In this document: in pieces, positions 47,922 to 56,973 of the stretch
Numbering within the stretch: position 1 is the first letter of the stretch
Layout of the letters: each line of letters starts with the position of its first letter
DNA from: Clostridia bacterium
GTDB lineage: Bacteria; Bacillota; Clostridia; Christensenellales; CAG-138
DNA length: 64,000 nucleotides
Direction: 5' to 3'
Assembly (NCBI GenBank): GCA_016292635.1
Contig: JAEDIC010000006.1
Location: 12,367 to 76,366 of the forward strand
Made by a program: the position numbers and the translations under genes
Notes under the pieces: model-generated
The model's input: only the letters and a program-made list of their open reading frames with translations
Told to the model about the DNA's origin: nothing
The model's database searches: none

Positions 47922-48362
47922 CTACGCCTTAAAAGCATATACAATGGTGGGATAGGAAGTCAGTTCATCAGTTCGTGCTGAATCGGCATACCACCTAAAT
48001 TCCTTTTTTTGATAGAATCCCGGCATGGTATTGTGGTATGCAGTACGAACTTTATAATATAACATCGGAGTAGTAAGGAATCCCCCGGCTGAACCCAATA
48101 TTACAGAAGCGAGAGTTTGGAAATCATTCGCAGATATACCGGGGATTATCTGGCTAAGCACCGCTGCTAATGCGCCGACGGTCATATTTGACAACACTAC
48201 ATCCAGCACCGTACTTCCATTACTCCATGCCCCGTACGAACCATATCCTCCGCCGCCGGATGGGTCGCTGGTTGAATGTGACCAGGAAAAGCCGTCTCTG
48301 GGTTCAATCCCGTTAGCATATGCATTACCAGCACAACCAAGAAGCATCATCAAGACCAACAA
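47922..48362 (-). CDS. Secreted or lipoprotein-like Gly-rich protein, uncharacterised (cassette gene 1)
   Basis: LLGCAGNAYANG lipobox/signal cleavage region, a GGGGYGSYGAWSNG tract and two amphipathic hydrophobic stretches. The start codon is uncertain. Confidence 0.55.
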   Translation of the reverse strand: MLVLMMLLGCAGNAYANGIEPRDGFSWSHSTSDPSGGGGYGSYGAWSNGSTVLDVVLSNMTVGALAAVLSQIIPGISANDFQTLASVILGSAGGFLTTPMLYYKVRTAYHNTMPGFYQKKEFRWYADSARTDELTSYPTIVYAFKA

Positions 48363-48657
48363 CAGAGCCGTAGTTTTGTTGAAAAATTTCTTTCTCCTTT
48401 CACTATGTAATGAGCAATCCGGTCAACCAATAGTTTTCATCCATCTTTTCACGATATTATGCCTATATTCTTAAAAAACCATCACTTCCGTCTTTATTCC
48501 GTTTGCTGTTTTTTTACATTTTAATTATATATTAATATGCTTTTATTCTCTATATGGTATATAATTATTAACGAATTGTTCATACTCTATCACTTTTATG
48601 CGTAACATACGAAAAACGGCTCCCATTCTCATGGGAGCCGCGAAACTCATGTTGCCT

Positions 48658-48760
48658 TTGAAAGGGAACTTGTTTCTCACTTGCAAGTATATTATAACCT
48701 GCCCTAAGGAGGATTTCATCACAAAAGTATTACAAACCCATCAAATGTTGATTAAGTTTT
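48658..48760. repeat. Direct repeat copy 2 (103 nt), overlapping the last 3 sense codons of the QueG-like gene
   Basis: See copy 1. Confidence 0.85.
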
Positions 48761-49651
48761 GCTGAAATATTTGTTTAAAGCCCATTCCGCAGCTGTTTTT
48801 ACTCCTTCAAAGGGGGAATCCTGCGCCTTCTCTATTTCCGCGCGGTGTTTCCCATCTCTTGCAGCCATGGCGATAGCCTCGGCGGTAAGCTTGCCGCCCC
48901 CTGTCATGTTTTTGCCCACAATCTTTCTTGCGGCGGCGGTTTTCCCCTGTATGAGCGAGAGGGTATCAAAGGCCTCCCTAAGCGCGTCCGTCGGTTCGGC
49001 ATACCCATTGCGTATATTGTAGGGACAGGCCCGCATGCATTCCTCACAGCCTATATAGTGGCGCTGAAGCGGGCGTATGTCCTCCGGATGGAGAGGGTTG
49101 TCCATCCGCAGCCGCATACAGCGCCGTATATCCCGGCTGTGGGATATTGCTCCCGCCGGACAGGCGGCGGCGCAGGCGGCGCATCCCTCCGGGCAGGGCA
49201 TATGTTCCATTTCGGGTTGTTCCGGCTCAGCCCAGTCCGTGGCTACGGCGTCCAGAATAAAACAGGAGCCGTAGGGAGGTATCCTCAGCAGGCCGTTTTT
49301 GCCCATATCGCCAATATTGTTTGCAAGGGCAAAGGCCCTTAAGGGTATGTTTGCCCGCTCGGCGTAAAAGCCCTCCTCCGTTATGCGCCCTATAAGTTCC
49401 TTTGCCGCAAAATATGCGGCGTTGGATGCGGGATAATATGCCGGTATGGGTTCCTCCGGGGCGAATGTGCGGTATGGATACACCAGCAGCAGTATGCTCT
49501 TTGCCCTTGGGTAGGCTTCCCTTGGGTCGCCGAAAAGCCCCGTTGCTCCCTTGGCTGCGCCGGGGTCCCAGTTTGGTATGGGAGAGGGCGCAAGGGGATA
49601 GCACTCCGAAAAGCCCAGCTCATTTATGATTTTTATCTGCCGATCCGTCAT
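48752..49651 (-). CDS. Epoxyqueuosine reductase (QueG) family 4Fe-4S protein, short form
   Basis: CPEGCAACAAACPAGAI and GCEECMRACPYN ferredoxin-type clusters, GKNGLL motif, HEAT-like C-terminus. Confidence 0.6.
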   Translation of the reverse strand: MTDRQIKIINELGFSECYPLAPSPIPNWDPGAAKGATGLFGDPREAYPRAKSILLLVYPYRTFAPEEPIPAYYPASNAAYFAAKELIGRITEEGFYAERANIPLRAFALANNIGDMGKNGLLRIPPYGSCFILDAVATDWAEPEQPEMEHMPCPEGCAACAAACPAGAISHSRDIRRCMRLRMDNPLHPEDIRPLQRHYIGCEECMRACPYNIRNGYAEPTDALREAFDTLSLIQGKTAAARKIVGKNMTGGGKLTAEAIAMAARDGKHRAEIEKAQDSPFEGVKTAAEWALNKYFSKT

Positions 49652-49665
49652 GTCGAATTATACTA

Positions 49666-50475
49666 TTATTTCCCACCCTTTTCTATTTCCCCGGAAATAG
49701 CGGCAAATTGCGCCGTGGTTAGCCTTTCTGCCCGAATATTCCCGCCTATTCCAACGGCCTCGCATATTTCATTCAGCCGTTTGTCCGATATTCCCGCTGC
49801 CTTAAGGTTGTTTGCAAGGGTCTTTCGCCGCATGGCAAAGGCGCTCTCCAGCACCCACTGAAGGGCAGGATGGGCCTCCGCCTGCTTTCTTTCAAGGCAC
49901 AGCACCACGGAATCCACCTCGGGCTGGGGGTAGTACGCCTCCCTGGAAAGACGAAGGAGAGTGTTTATATCATAATAATGCTGCGCGAGCACCGTAAGGG
50001 GGCCGTATACCCTGTCTCCCGGCTCTGCGAAAAACCGCTCCGCCGCCTCCTTCTGCATCATCAGCGTCATGTAGCGTATATTCGCCCCGCAGGTGATGAG
50101 CCGGGTGCATATGGGGGTGGTGATGTAATAGGGCAGGTTTCCCGCCACGGATACCTCTCCCCCAAGGCTTTGCGCAACGGCCTTTATATTCGCCTTTAGC
50201 GCATCCCCTTCCACAAGGATCAGCTTGTCGCCAAATCTGCTGCGGAGTATTTCTGCCATGCGCCGGTCTATCTCTATGGCGGCAACGGGAGCTTCCCTGT
50301 TCAATAGCTTTTCCGTAAGGGCGCCCATGCCGGGGCCTATCTCTATTACAGCCCCCTTGCAGGAGGCGGCTATGGCCTCCGCGGCGTCATCATCCGCAAG
50401 GAAATTCTGACCCAGCGCCCTGTTGGGGTTTATGCCGTATTGTGCAAGCTGCGCCTTTATTGAAGCTATGCTCAT
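49666..50475 (-). CDS. rsmA: 16S rRNA (adenine1518/1519-N6)-dimethyltransferase
   Basis: LGQNFLADDDAAEAIA and IEIGPGMGALT SAM-binding motif. 269 aa. Confidence 0.9.
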   Translation of the reverse strand: MSIASIKAQLAQYGINPNRALGQNFLADDDAAEAIAASCKGAVIEIGPGMGALTEKLLNREAPVAAIEIDRRMAEILRSRFGDKLILVEGDALKANIKAVAQSLGGEVSVAGNLPYYITTPICTRLITCGANIRYMTLMMQKEAAERFFAEPGDRVYGPLTVLAQHYYDINTLLRLSREAYYPQPEVDSVVLCLERKQAEAHPALQWVLESAFAMRRKTLANNLKAAGISDKRLNEICEAVGIGGNIRAERLTTAQFAAISGEIEKGGK

Positions 50476-50639
50476 TTTTCCTTCCTTTCGGGGGTTTTGC
50501 CCCTGCTGTGTGTGTTCATTTTATCAAGGGCTTACCGGGCTGTCAAACCGCCTGTGTAAACTTTCCATGTCATCCGTTTACAGGAGATTTTTGCCACGAT
50601 ATAATAATTACAATATGTATATGGAGATGAGAAACTAAC

Positions 50640-52802
50640 TTGAAGCGCCTGTTGTGTATGATCCTCATAGCCATTATGGCAACCTCTCTGTGCTCCGGCT
50701 GCGTTGCTTCCTTAAGCGGAAAGCAGGTTTGCCTGGATTTTCTAAGCCGCATATCCGAGGGAGATTACGCTGGCGCATATGAGCTGCTGGACGACAGCAT
50801 AAAGCTTTATTCCGATGAGGAAAACCTTGAAAGTCGGGGCCGCATAAGCCAGAATCAGTTCGTTGCCAAGTATTCAAACATATTTGACGCCCTTGAGATA
50901 CAGTCCGTGGTGTATGAGAATATAACGATAGATCAGGGCGAAATATTCACCATAGCCAACTTTACCGGCACATACTCCTCCGCCTGCGCAGGGGATATAA
51001 CCGGGGAGTACCGCATGGTGGCCCTTAAAAATAACGGCAAATGGTGCATTGAATGGGCGCCGAACCTTATCTTCCCGGAAATGGAGTGGGGAGACACGGT
51101 GCGTGTAGCCACCATATCCGCAGAGCGGGGCGAGATAATCGCCGACGGTCATGTGCTGGCCACCAAGGAAGGCAAAATTTCCGTATACGCCATGCCGGAC
51201 AGGATTGCGGATACCGAAATGGAAAACTTCCTCATAAAAACCTCAGCCCTCCTTGGCATGACCCGTCAGGATATCGAAAAGGCCATGGACAAGGCCTATG
51301 ACGGCGTTGCGGTGCTTAAGCAGTATTATCAGGACGATTTTTCCGAATACCTTGAAACGCAGCTTTTGGAAATAACCGGCATAGGCGTGGACTACGGCAA
51401 CTACGGCTCTATGCGCAGCTATCCCGAGGGGGATATGCTGGCTCACACCATTGGCTATGTTGGCATAGTAAACGCCCCGGACCCGGAACAGCTTGACGCT
51501 GCCCTTGCGAAACTGAACGAGGGCCGCACCGCCGAGGACGGCCTGTATACCTCGGATTCCTATGTGGGCCGCAACGGCCTTGAGGCCCGGTATGAGCGGG
51601 AGCTTAGGGGCAAGGACGGCTATAGCATATACATCTGCACCTCCGGCGGCACAAACCGCCGCACCCTTTACACCAAGGAGCAGCAGGACGGCAAGGACCT
51701 TCAGCTAACCATAAACTACGAGCTGCAAAAGCGTCTTGATTTCGTTCTGGACAGCGTCCTTTTCGGCAACACCACCGCAGGGGCGGTAATAGTTTTAAAC
51801 CCCACGACCGGCGCGATAGACGCCATGTCCTCATGGCCCGGATACGACCTTAATTCCTTCGCCCGGGGCATAAGCTCCGCCGATTACAACGCCCTGCTCT
51901 CCATGTCGAATACCCCCCTTTACAACCGCCTTACTCAGGGCCTCTATCCCCCCGGCTCGGTATTAAAGGCATTTACCGCCGTGGCGGCATTGCAGACAGG
52001 CGCTTTGGATCAGGATTATGTATTCACCGGCCTCATTGAGGACGACTACTGGCTCCCCACGGAATTTGGCGACTGGATGGGAAGCAGGATCAAGCGTACC
52101 GAGGTAAAGTACGGCCGTATGTCCCCCCTGAATATGCGCAGCGCCATTGTCCATTCGGATAACATCTATTTTGCCAATGCGTCGCTGCTTCTGGGCTGGG
52201 ATAATTACGAAACCTACATGGAAAGCATAGGCTTCGGCGATACCATGCCCTTTGACCTTAACGTAGCAACCTCTCAGCTTTACAACGAAGGCACAGAGCT
52301 TAGCCTCATGCTCCTTGCGGAAAGCGGCTACGGTCAGGGCGAGCTGCTTACCACCCCTTTGCAGATGGCGGTAATGTTCTCCGCCTTTGCAAACGGCGGC
52401 AATATAATGCAGCCCTATATAGTTGAAAGCCTCTGCGAAACCAAGGGCATAACCTACGACACCGTGTCCACCACCCAGCCAAAGCTCTGGAAATCCGGCG
52501 TTATAGATCAGACCTCCCTGGATATAGTTGTGCCTTACCTTCAGGATGTTGTGGATAAAAACCTTAACGGTACGGGCCGCTCACTTAAAGTGAATTCCGT
52601 ACAGGTTGCCGCAAAGACCGGTACTGCGGAGATAGGCAACGACAAGAGCCGGGAAATTTCCTGGTTTGCAGGGTTCCGCTGCGGCGTGGAAGCGGAGGAC
52701 GCAAGGCTTGTGCTGGTAATGCTGGAAATCCCCACCGAGGATGAATACACCTCATTGAAGTTTGACGTGGCCCGTGAGATGCTCAAAATGAGTGCCCCAT
52801 GA
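50640..52802 (+). CDS. Class B penicillin-binding protein with NTF2-like (MecA_N) N-terminal domain
   Basis: Lipobox LCSGC with a TTG start. Transpeptidase motifs SVLK, SDN and KTGTA are all present. Confidence 0.85.
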   Translation: MKRLLCMILIAIMATSLCSGCVASLSGKQVCLDFLSRISEGDYAGAYELLDDSIKLYSDEENLESRGRISQNQFVAKYSNIFDALEIQSVVYENITIDQGEIFTIANFTGTYSSACAGDITGEYRMVALKNNGKWCIEWAPNLIFPEMEWGDTVRVATISAERGEIIADGHVLATKEGKISVYAMPDRIADTEMENFLIKTSALLGMTRQDIEKAMDKAYDGVAVLKQYYQDDFSEYLETQLLEITGIGVDYGNYGSMRSYPEGDMLAHTIGYVGIVNAPDPEQLDAALAKLNEGRTAEDGLYTSDSYVGRNGLEARYERELRGKDGYSIYICTSGGTNRRTLYTKEQQDGKDLQLTINYELQKRLDFVLDSVLFGNTTAGAVIVLNPTTGAIDAMSSWPGYDLNSFARGISSADYNALLSMSNTPLYNRLTQGLYPPGSVLKAFTAVAALQTGALDQDYVFTGLIEDDYWLPTEFGDWMGSRIKRTEVKYGRMSPLNMRSAIVHSDNIYFANASLLLGWDNYETYMESIGFGDTMPFDLNVATSQLYNEGTELSLMLLAESGYGQGELLTTPLQMAVMFSAFANGGNIMQPYIVESLCETKGITYDTVSTTQPKLWKSGVIDQTSLDIVVPYLQDVVDKNLNGTGRSLKVNSVQVAAKTGTAEIGNDKSREISWFAGFRCGVEAEDARLVLVMLEIPTEDEYTSLKFDVAREMLKMSAP

Positions 52803-53050
52803 TAAGGAGGCTGCCAATATACCTCCCCCGCTTTTGAGACCTTCGGGAGGGCCATGACCTGCCGCAAAAACAGGTGGCTGCATATTTGGGCATAGGCCGG
52901 CGGGTATGCAGCAACTATTAAGCCGCCAGGCGGGAGCTGCCGAGCCGCTATCCTTGTCCCCTTGCGGAGCTGTATGGCGCATCCGTGGATTGCATACCGG
53001 TACGGACCTCCGCAACAGTGCCATACCCGCAAAAGTCCGGCACAAAATAA
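52799..53050 (+). pseudogene. XRE-family HTH gene interrupted by two in-frame stops
   Basis: Own translation: MIRRLPIYLPRF*DLREGHDLPQKQVAAYLGIGRRVCSNY*AARRELPSRYPCPLAELYGASVDCIPV... The start overlaps the PBP stop (ATGA). Confidence 0.45.
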
Positions 53051-53059
53051 CCCATACAA

Positions 53060-53098
53060 AAAAAGATATGACAGCTCCGTCATATCTCTTTTTTTGTT
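53060..53098. terminator. Bidirectional terminator (AGATATGAC-agctcc-GTCATATCT with A and T runs)
   Basis: Read directly. Confidence 0.7.
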
Positions 53099-53110
53099 GT
53101 TATTATGGGC

Positions 53111-53647
53111 TTACATTGCGCTGCCCTCCGCCTTACTCAGCTCGTGTGACACCCAAATATTTCCAATGCCGCTGAGGATAAGCACAATGCCGGCAATTAC
53201 CATCACAGCCTTTGCTCCCCATATGGCAGGCGCACACAGCAGCACCAATCCCACCGCCATGAATATCGCCGCCCCTATGGCAACCCGCTTCCAGCCTGTA
53301 CCACTTGCCCTTTTCATGGCAAAGGCGAGCTGCAGCTTTGTAAACCCATCCACGATCAGCGCCGCGCCTATGAGATTCAGCACTATCATCGCCGCCAGGT
53401 CGCTCCATTTAAGGGCCAATACGCCCAACAGCAGCATCAGCAGCCCCCTTGCGGAGTCTCCCTCCACCCCAAGGCGATCCTTTTTCCAGCAGTTCGCTAT
53501 TTTTACCGCCCCCAGCGCCACAAGCACGCAGCCGAGGGCTATGGCAATAACCCTGTTTGCCGTAAGGGGCATGACTATAATCACGCCGCCCGTCAAAATA
53601 AAGAGAGCCGTTACCGCAAAGAATACTTTTTTAAATTCGCCTTTCAT
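53111..53647 (-). CDS. HdeD/DUF308 family membrane protein
   Basis: 178 aa with six TM-like repeats carrying GxxxG-rich patterns. Confidence 0.55.
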   Translation of the reverse strand: MKGEFKKVFFAVTALFILTGGVIIVMPLTANRVIAIALGCVLVALGAVKIANCWKKDRLGVEGDSARGLLMLLLGVLALKWSDLAAMIVLNLIGAALIVDGFTKLQLAFAMKRASGTGWKRVAIGAAIFMAVGLVLLCAPAIWGAKAVMVIAGIVLILSGIGNIWVSHELSKAEGSAM

Positions 53648-54195
53648 AGGGCCTCCTGATTTTTTTGATAATAAAGGAAGGTAAAACAGATATTTTTATG
53701 GTAATTTTACCATTAACAAAACGAAAGCGGATTATGCGGATACATTTGAGCCTTCCGTGAAGGGGTTATTGCTTCTGCTCGTCAGATTTTAGGACAGCCC
53801 TTATCCGCAAGCGGCGCGCCGTAACCAGAATAACTTCGCAAACGTATTGAATCGATCCCGGTGTCCAAAGATGAAAGGCCCCGGCGCTGTTCAGCAGAAT
53901 ATATCAAGGCCATATTAACCAAAGAGCTAAGGATATCAGTTATACTTTAATTCTTTTAAGGCGAGGGTTTTCATGAACCAACTCCTCCGTTAAGAAGATT
54001 TTTCTGACGCTCCCGCTGATAAAATATAGGATAGGACTTGATAAAATATATTTCTTACTGATAATTTTACCAAAAACTCCGTAAAGTGTGCAGGGGATTT
54101 TATCGATATTTACCGTTTATTTCCATTTTATATTGCCCTTTCTTCGTCCTTCTTCTCCCCGTGTAAAATACGGCGGTTTGGAGATGCTATTTACC

Positions 54196-55278
54196 ATGAA
54201 GAACAGACGCTTAAAATACATCATAACCATTTGCATACTGCTCATACTGGCCGCTCTCGTATTGGCGGGCGGCAATTTTTACCGCGGCATCGCAAAGGAC
54301 CCGATGAGCGCCTTTGAAACTCCCTCCCCAACACCTTCCCCCGCATCCTCCCCCAGCCTTTCCCCATCCCCTTCTCCAACCCTCTCTCCCGAGGAACAGC
54401 TTATGGGACAGGCGGATACGGACTTTATGCGCAATCGCGTAAACATACTGATCCTGGGCTGGGACCAAAGCCCGGAGCGGGATGATGAGAACAGCGTGCT
54501 TTATCGGGATGAGGACAACAACTTCCGAAGCGACGTGCTCATGCTGCTTACCGTGGACTTTGAGGGAAACACCGCCCATCTCATCTCCATCCCCAGGGAC
54601 ACAATGGCAAAGATATACAACACAAAGGGCCATTGGAAGATAAATGCCGCCTTCGCCAAAGGGGGCAGCGTGGAAGGGGACGGCTTCGAATACGCCATAA
54701 AAACCGTGGAAAATCTCATGGGGGTGCCCATCGATTACTACGCCGGGGTTAATATGGAAGGGCTTAAAGCCGTGGTGGACGCAATGGGGGGCGTGGAGTT
54801 TGATGTGGATCAGGAAATAACCCTCAACGGCCGCACCCTTACCCCCGGCCTTCAGCTTATGGACGGACAGAAGGTGCTGGATTACTGCCGGGCCCGCAAG
54901 GGCTACGGTACGGACGTGGACCGGGCGGACAGGCAGCAGCGTATGCTCTTCGCCATATTCCATCAGTTCAAGGAGGCCAACAGCCTTGTTACCCTGCCAA
55001 AGATATATCTTTCGGTAAAGGATTATATCCATACCAACCTGTCTCTGGAGCAGATAGCCGCACTGTCGGTATTTGCCCTCGACCTTACTCCGGATGTAAA
55101 CCTTTTTCGCCATACCCTGGAGGGCCGCTATATAAACGGCACGGTATACAACGGCGCCTCCTTCTATGTGCTGGACACCACCGCACTTAAGACACTTATG
55201 AAAGATATATTTGGGGTGGATATAGAGGTGGATTACAGATATGATTATCGGTATGTAAGGGACAACGCCGTAAGGTAG
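54196..55278 (+). CDS. LytR-CpsA-Psr (LCP) family cell-wall polymer ligase
   Basis: N-terminal TM, Pro/Ser linker, then VNILILGWDQS, RSDVLMLLTVD, ISIPRDT. Start moved to MKNRRLKY. Confidence 0.85.
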   Translation: MKNRRLKYIITICILLILAALVLAGGNFYRGIAKDPMSAFETPSPTPSPASSPSLSPSPSPTLSPEEQLMGQADTDFMRNRVNILILGWDQSPERDDENSVLYRDEDNNFRSDVLMLLTVDFEGNTAHLISIPRDTMAKIYNTKGHWKINAAFAKGGSVEGDGFEYAIKTVENLMGVPIDYYAGVNMEGLKAVVDAMGGVEFDVDQEITLNGRTLTPGLQLMDGQKVLDYCRARKGYGTDVDRADRQQRMLFAIFHQFKEANSLVTLPKIYLSVKDYIHTNLSLEQIAALSVFALDLTPDVNLFRHTLEGRYINGTVYNGASFYVLDTTALKTLMKDIFGVDIEVDYRYDYRYVRDNAVR

Positions 55279-55304
55279 CGGACGGCATTCCTGTTTTCGC
55301 AAAT

Positions 55305-55333
55305 AAAAACCGCGCATATGCGCGGCTTTTTTG
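55305..55333. terminator. Bidirectional terminator AAAAACCGCGCATATGCGCGGCTTTTTT
   Basis: Read directly. Confidence 0.75.
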
Positions 55334-55347
55334 TTCGGATATGTTTT

Positions 55348-56388
55348 TTATTTATCGGTAAGGAAGCGATATTCCGTCCTTGCGGTATATTCCTCACCCG
55401 CCTTCAATACCGGGGACGGGAAGTGGGTATGCCGCATGGAATCCGGCACATTTTGACACTCCATGCATATTGCCCCCCAGGGGCGGTACTGGGCGCCGCC
55501 CTTGCCCTCCATGTGCATGGAGTTTGCGGCATATATCATCATGGCGGGCATGGTGGTGTATACTTCCATCTTCCGCCCGGCGGATGCGCTTCTAAGGGAA
55601 CCTGCGTATTCCAGCGCCCCCCGCTCGGATTTATTCAGCAGAAAGTTGTGATCCAGCCCTCCCGCAACAACTATAAGCTCATCATCCGACATGGAGGCCT
55701 CCGCCGCATCCCGCTCGGTACGGAAATCCATTACCGTACCCTCAACAAAGCGCACCTCGCCGCTGGGCAGCTGGCCTCTGAGCTGGGGGTTGAAAAAGCC
55801 GCCGTTTATCTGAAGGAGCTGATGGGCGTCTCCGCTGTCGTGTCCGCTGAGGTTGAAATATGCGTGGTTTGTAAAGTTCGCCGGGGTATCCTTGTCGCTC
55901 TTTGCCCAATAGTCTATGGACAGCACTCCGTCATCCGAAAACTCATACCTCACGGATACATCCATATTTCCGGGGAAGCCCTGATCTCCATCCGGAGAGC
56001 GAAGGCTGAAGGTCACTCCTTTGTCATCCGTTACAAAGTCCCATATGCGCTTGCTGAAGCCGTCGCTGCCCCCATGTAGGGTAAACAGGTCGTGGTTTTT
56101 ATCCAGCCCGTATTCCACGCCCCCCAGCTTTACAACGGAACCCACCAGCCTGTTTGCGAAGCGACCGCATATTGCGCCCAGGCTTCCCCCGTGCTGCTGA
56201 TAGGCAGGCCCATCGTCAAGGCCCAGCACAACATCCCCCATGTTTCCGTCCTTATCCGGCACGGCAACGGATACTATGGAAGCGGCAAAATCAGTAAAGC
56301 TTACGCTGCCATAGGCGCTATCTATGGTTATAAGGTTGGCTTTTGTGCCGTCATTGTAGCTGCCGAAAGGGGACGCCGTAACTTTCAC
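55348..56388 (-). CDS. galM: Aldose 1-epimerase (galactose mutarotase)
   Basis: 346 aa. LHGGSDGFSKRIW and FTNHAYFNL motifs. Confidence 0.8.
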   Translation of the reverse strand: MKVTASPFGSYNDGTKANLITIDSAYGSVSFTDFAASIVSVAVPDKDGNMGDVVLGLDDGPAYQQHGGSLGAICGRFANRLVGSVVKLGGVEYGLDKNHDLFTLHGGSDGFSKRIWDFVTDDKGVTFSLRSPDGDQGFPGNMDVSVRYEFSDDGVLSIDYWAKSDKDTPANFTNHAYFNLSGHDSGDAHQLLQINGGFFNPQLRGQLPSGEVRFVEGTVMDFRTERDAAEASMSDDELIVVAGGLDHNFLLNKSERGALEYAGSLRSASAGRKMEVYTTMPAMMIYAANSMHMEGKGGAQYRPWGAICMECQNVPDSMRHTHFPSPVLKAGEEYTARTEYRFLTDK

Positions 56389-56403
56389 TAATAATATCCT
56401 CCG

Positions 56404-56817
56404 CTATTTTCCCCGCTCTGCCGCAATAATTATATCTGCGGCCCGAGCAATATACTCATTAAGCGAAAGCTCTTCCATGCCCGCCATAACTATATTGCAG
56501 CGGTTCACCGGAACAAGCACTTTTTTTGCGGCGCTTTCCGCCACGGCGTAAGCCATGCGGGGAGTGACCTCCCCCATAAGAGAATTGGCGGCGATTATGC
56601 CCACAGGGCCCGTTATGATGTCCGCCTCCCGGGCGTTTACCGCTACAGGATTTTCCCCAGTGGCTCCCCCTGCCGCCCCCGCCTTTATCATGGCCTCCGT
56701 GGCGGAGGAGTTGGTGCCCACGGCGGTTATTTCGCCATTGAAGCCTCCCTTTACCAGCTGCTCAATTATGCCCCGTCCTATGCGTCCGCCCTGTCCGTCT
56801 ATCACCAGTATTTTCAT
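56404..56817 (-). CDS. DUF3842-like protein
   Basis: MKILVIDGQGGRIGRGIIEQL matches the remembered family signature. Confidence 0.5.
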   Translation of the reverse strand: MKILVIDGQGGRIGRGIIEQLVKGGFNGEITAVGTNSSATEAMIKAGAAGGATGENPVAVNAREADIITGPVGIIAANSLMGEVTPRMAYAVAESAAKKVLVPVNRCNIVMAGMEELSLNEYIARAADIIIAAERGK

Positions 56818-56973
56818 GAGTATATTTCCTTTTTTGCTGTGTGCTGTTGGTTTTTACATAATTATAGACATATATCCATACAAATTGATTTTACATTACG
56901 CCATGGCCTTTTGCAAGGCGTTGGGTATATGCTATAATGTCTCTAACAGTAAAAGCAAGCGGGAGGACCAGCC

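Noticed and set aside
54211-55317. 368-aa minus-strand ORF
   Set aside because: It is antisense to the LCP gene, whose motifs are unambiguous.
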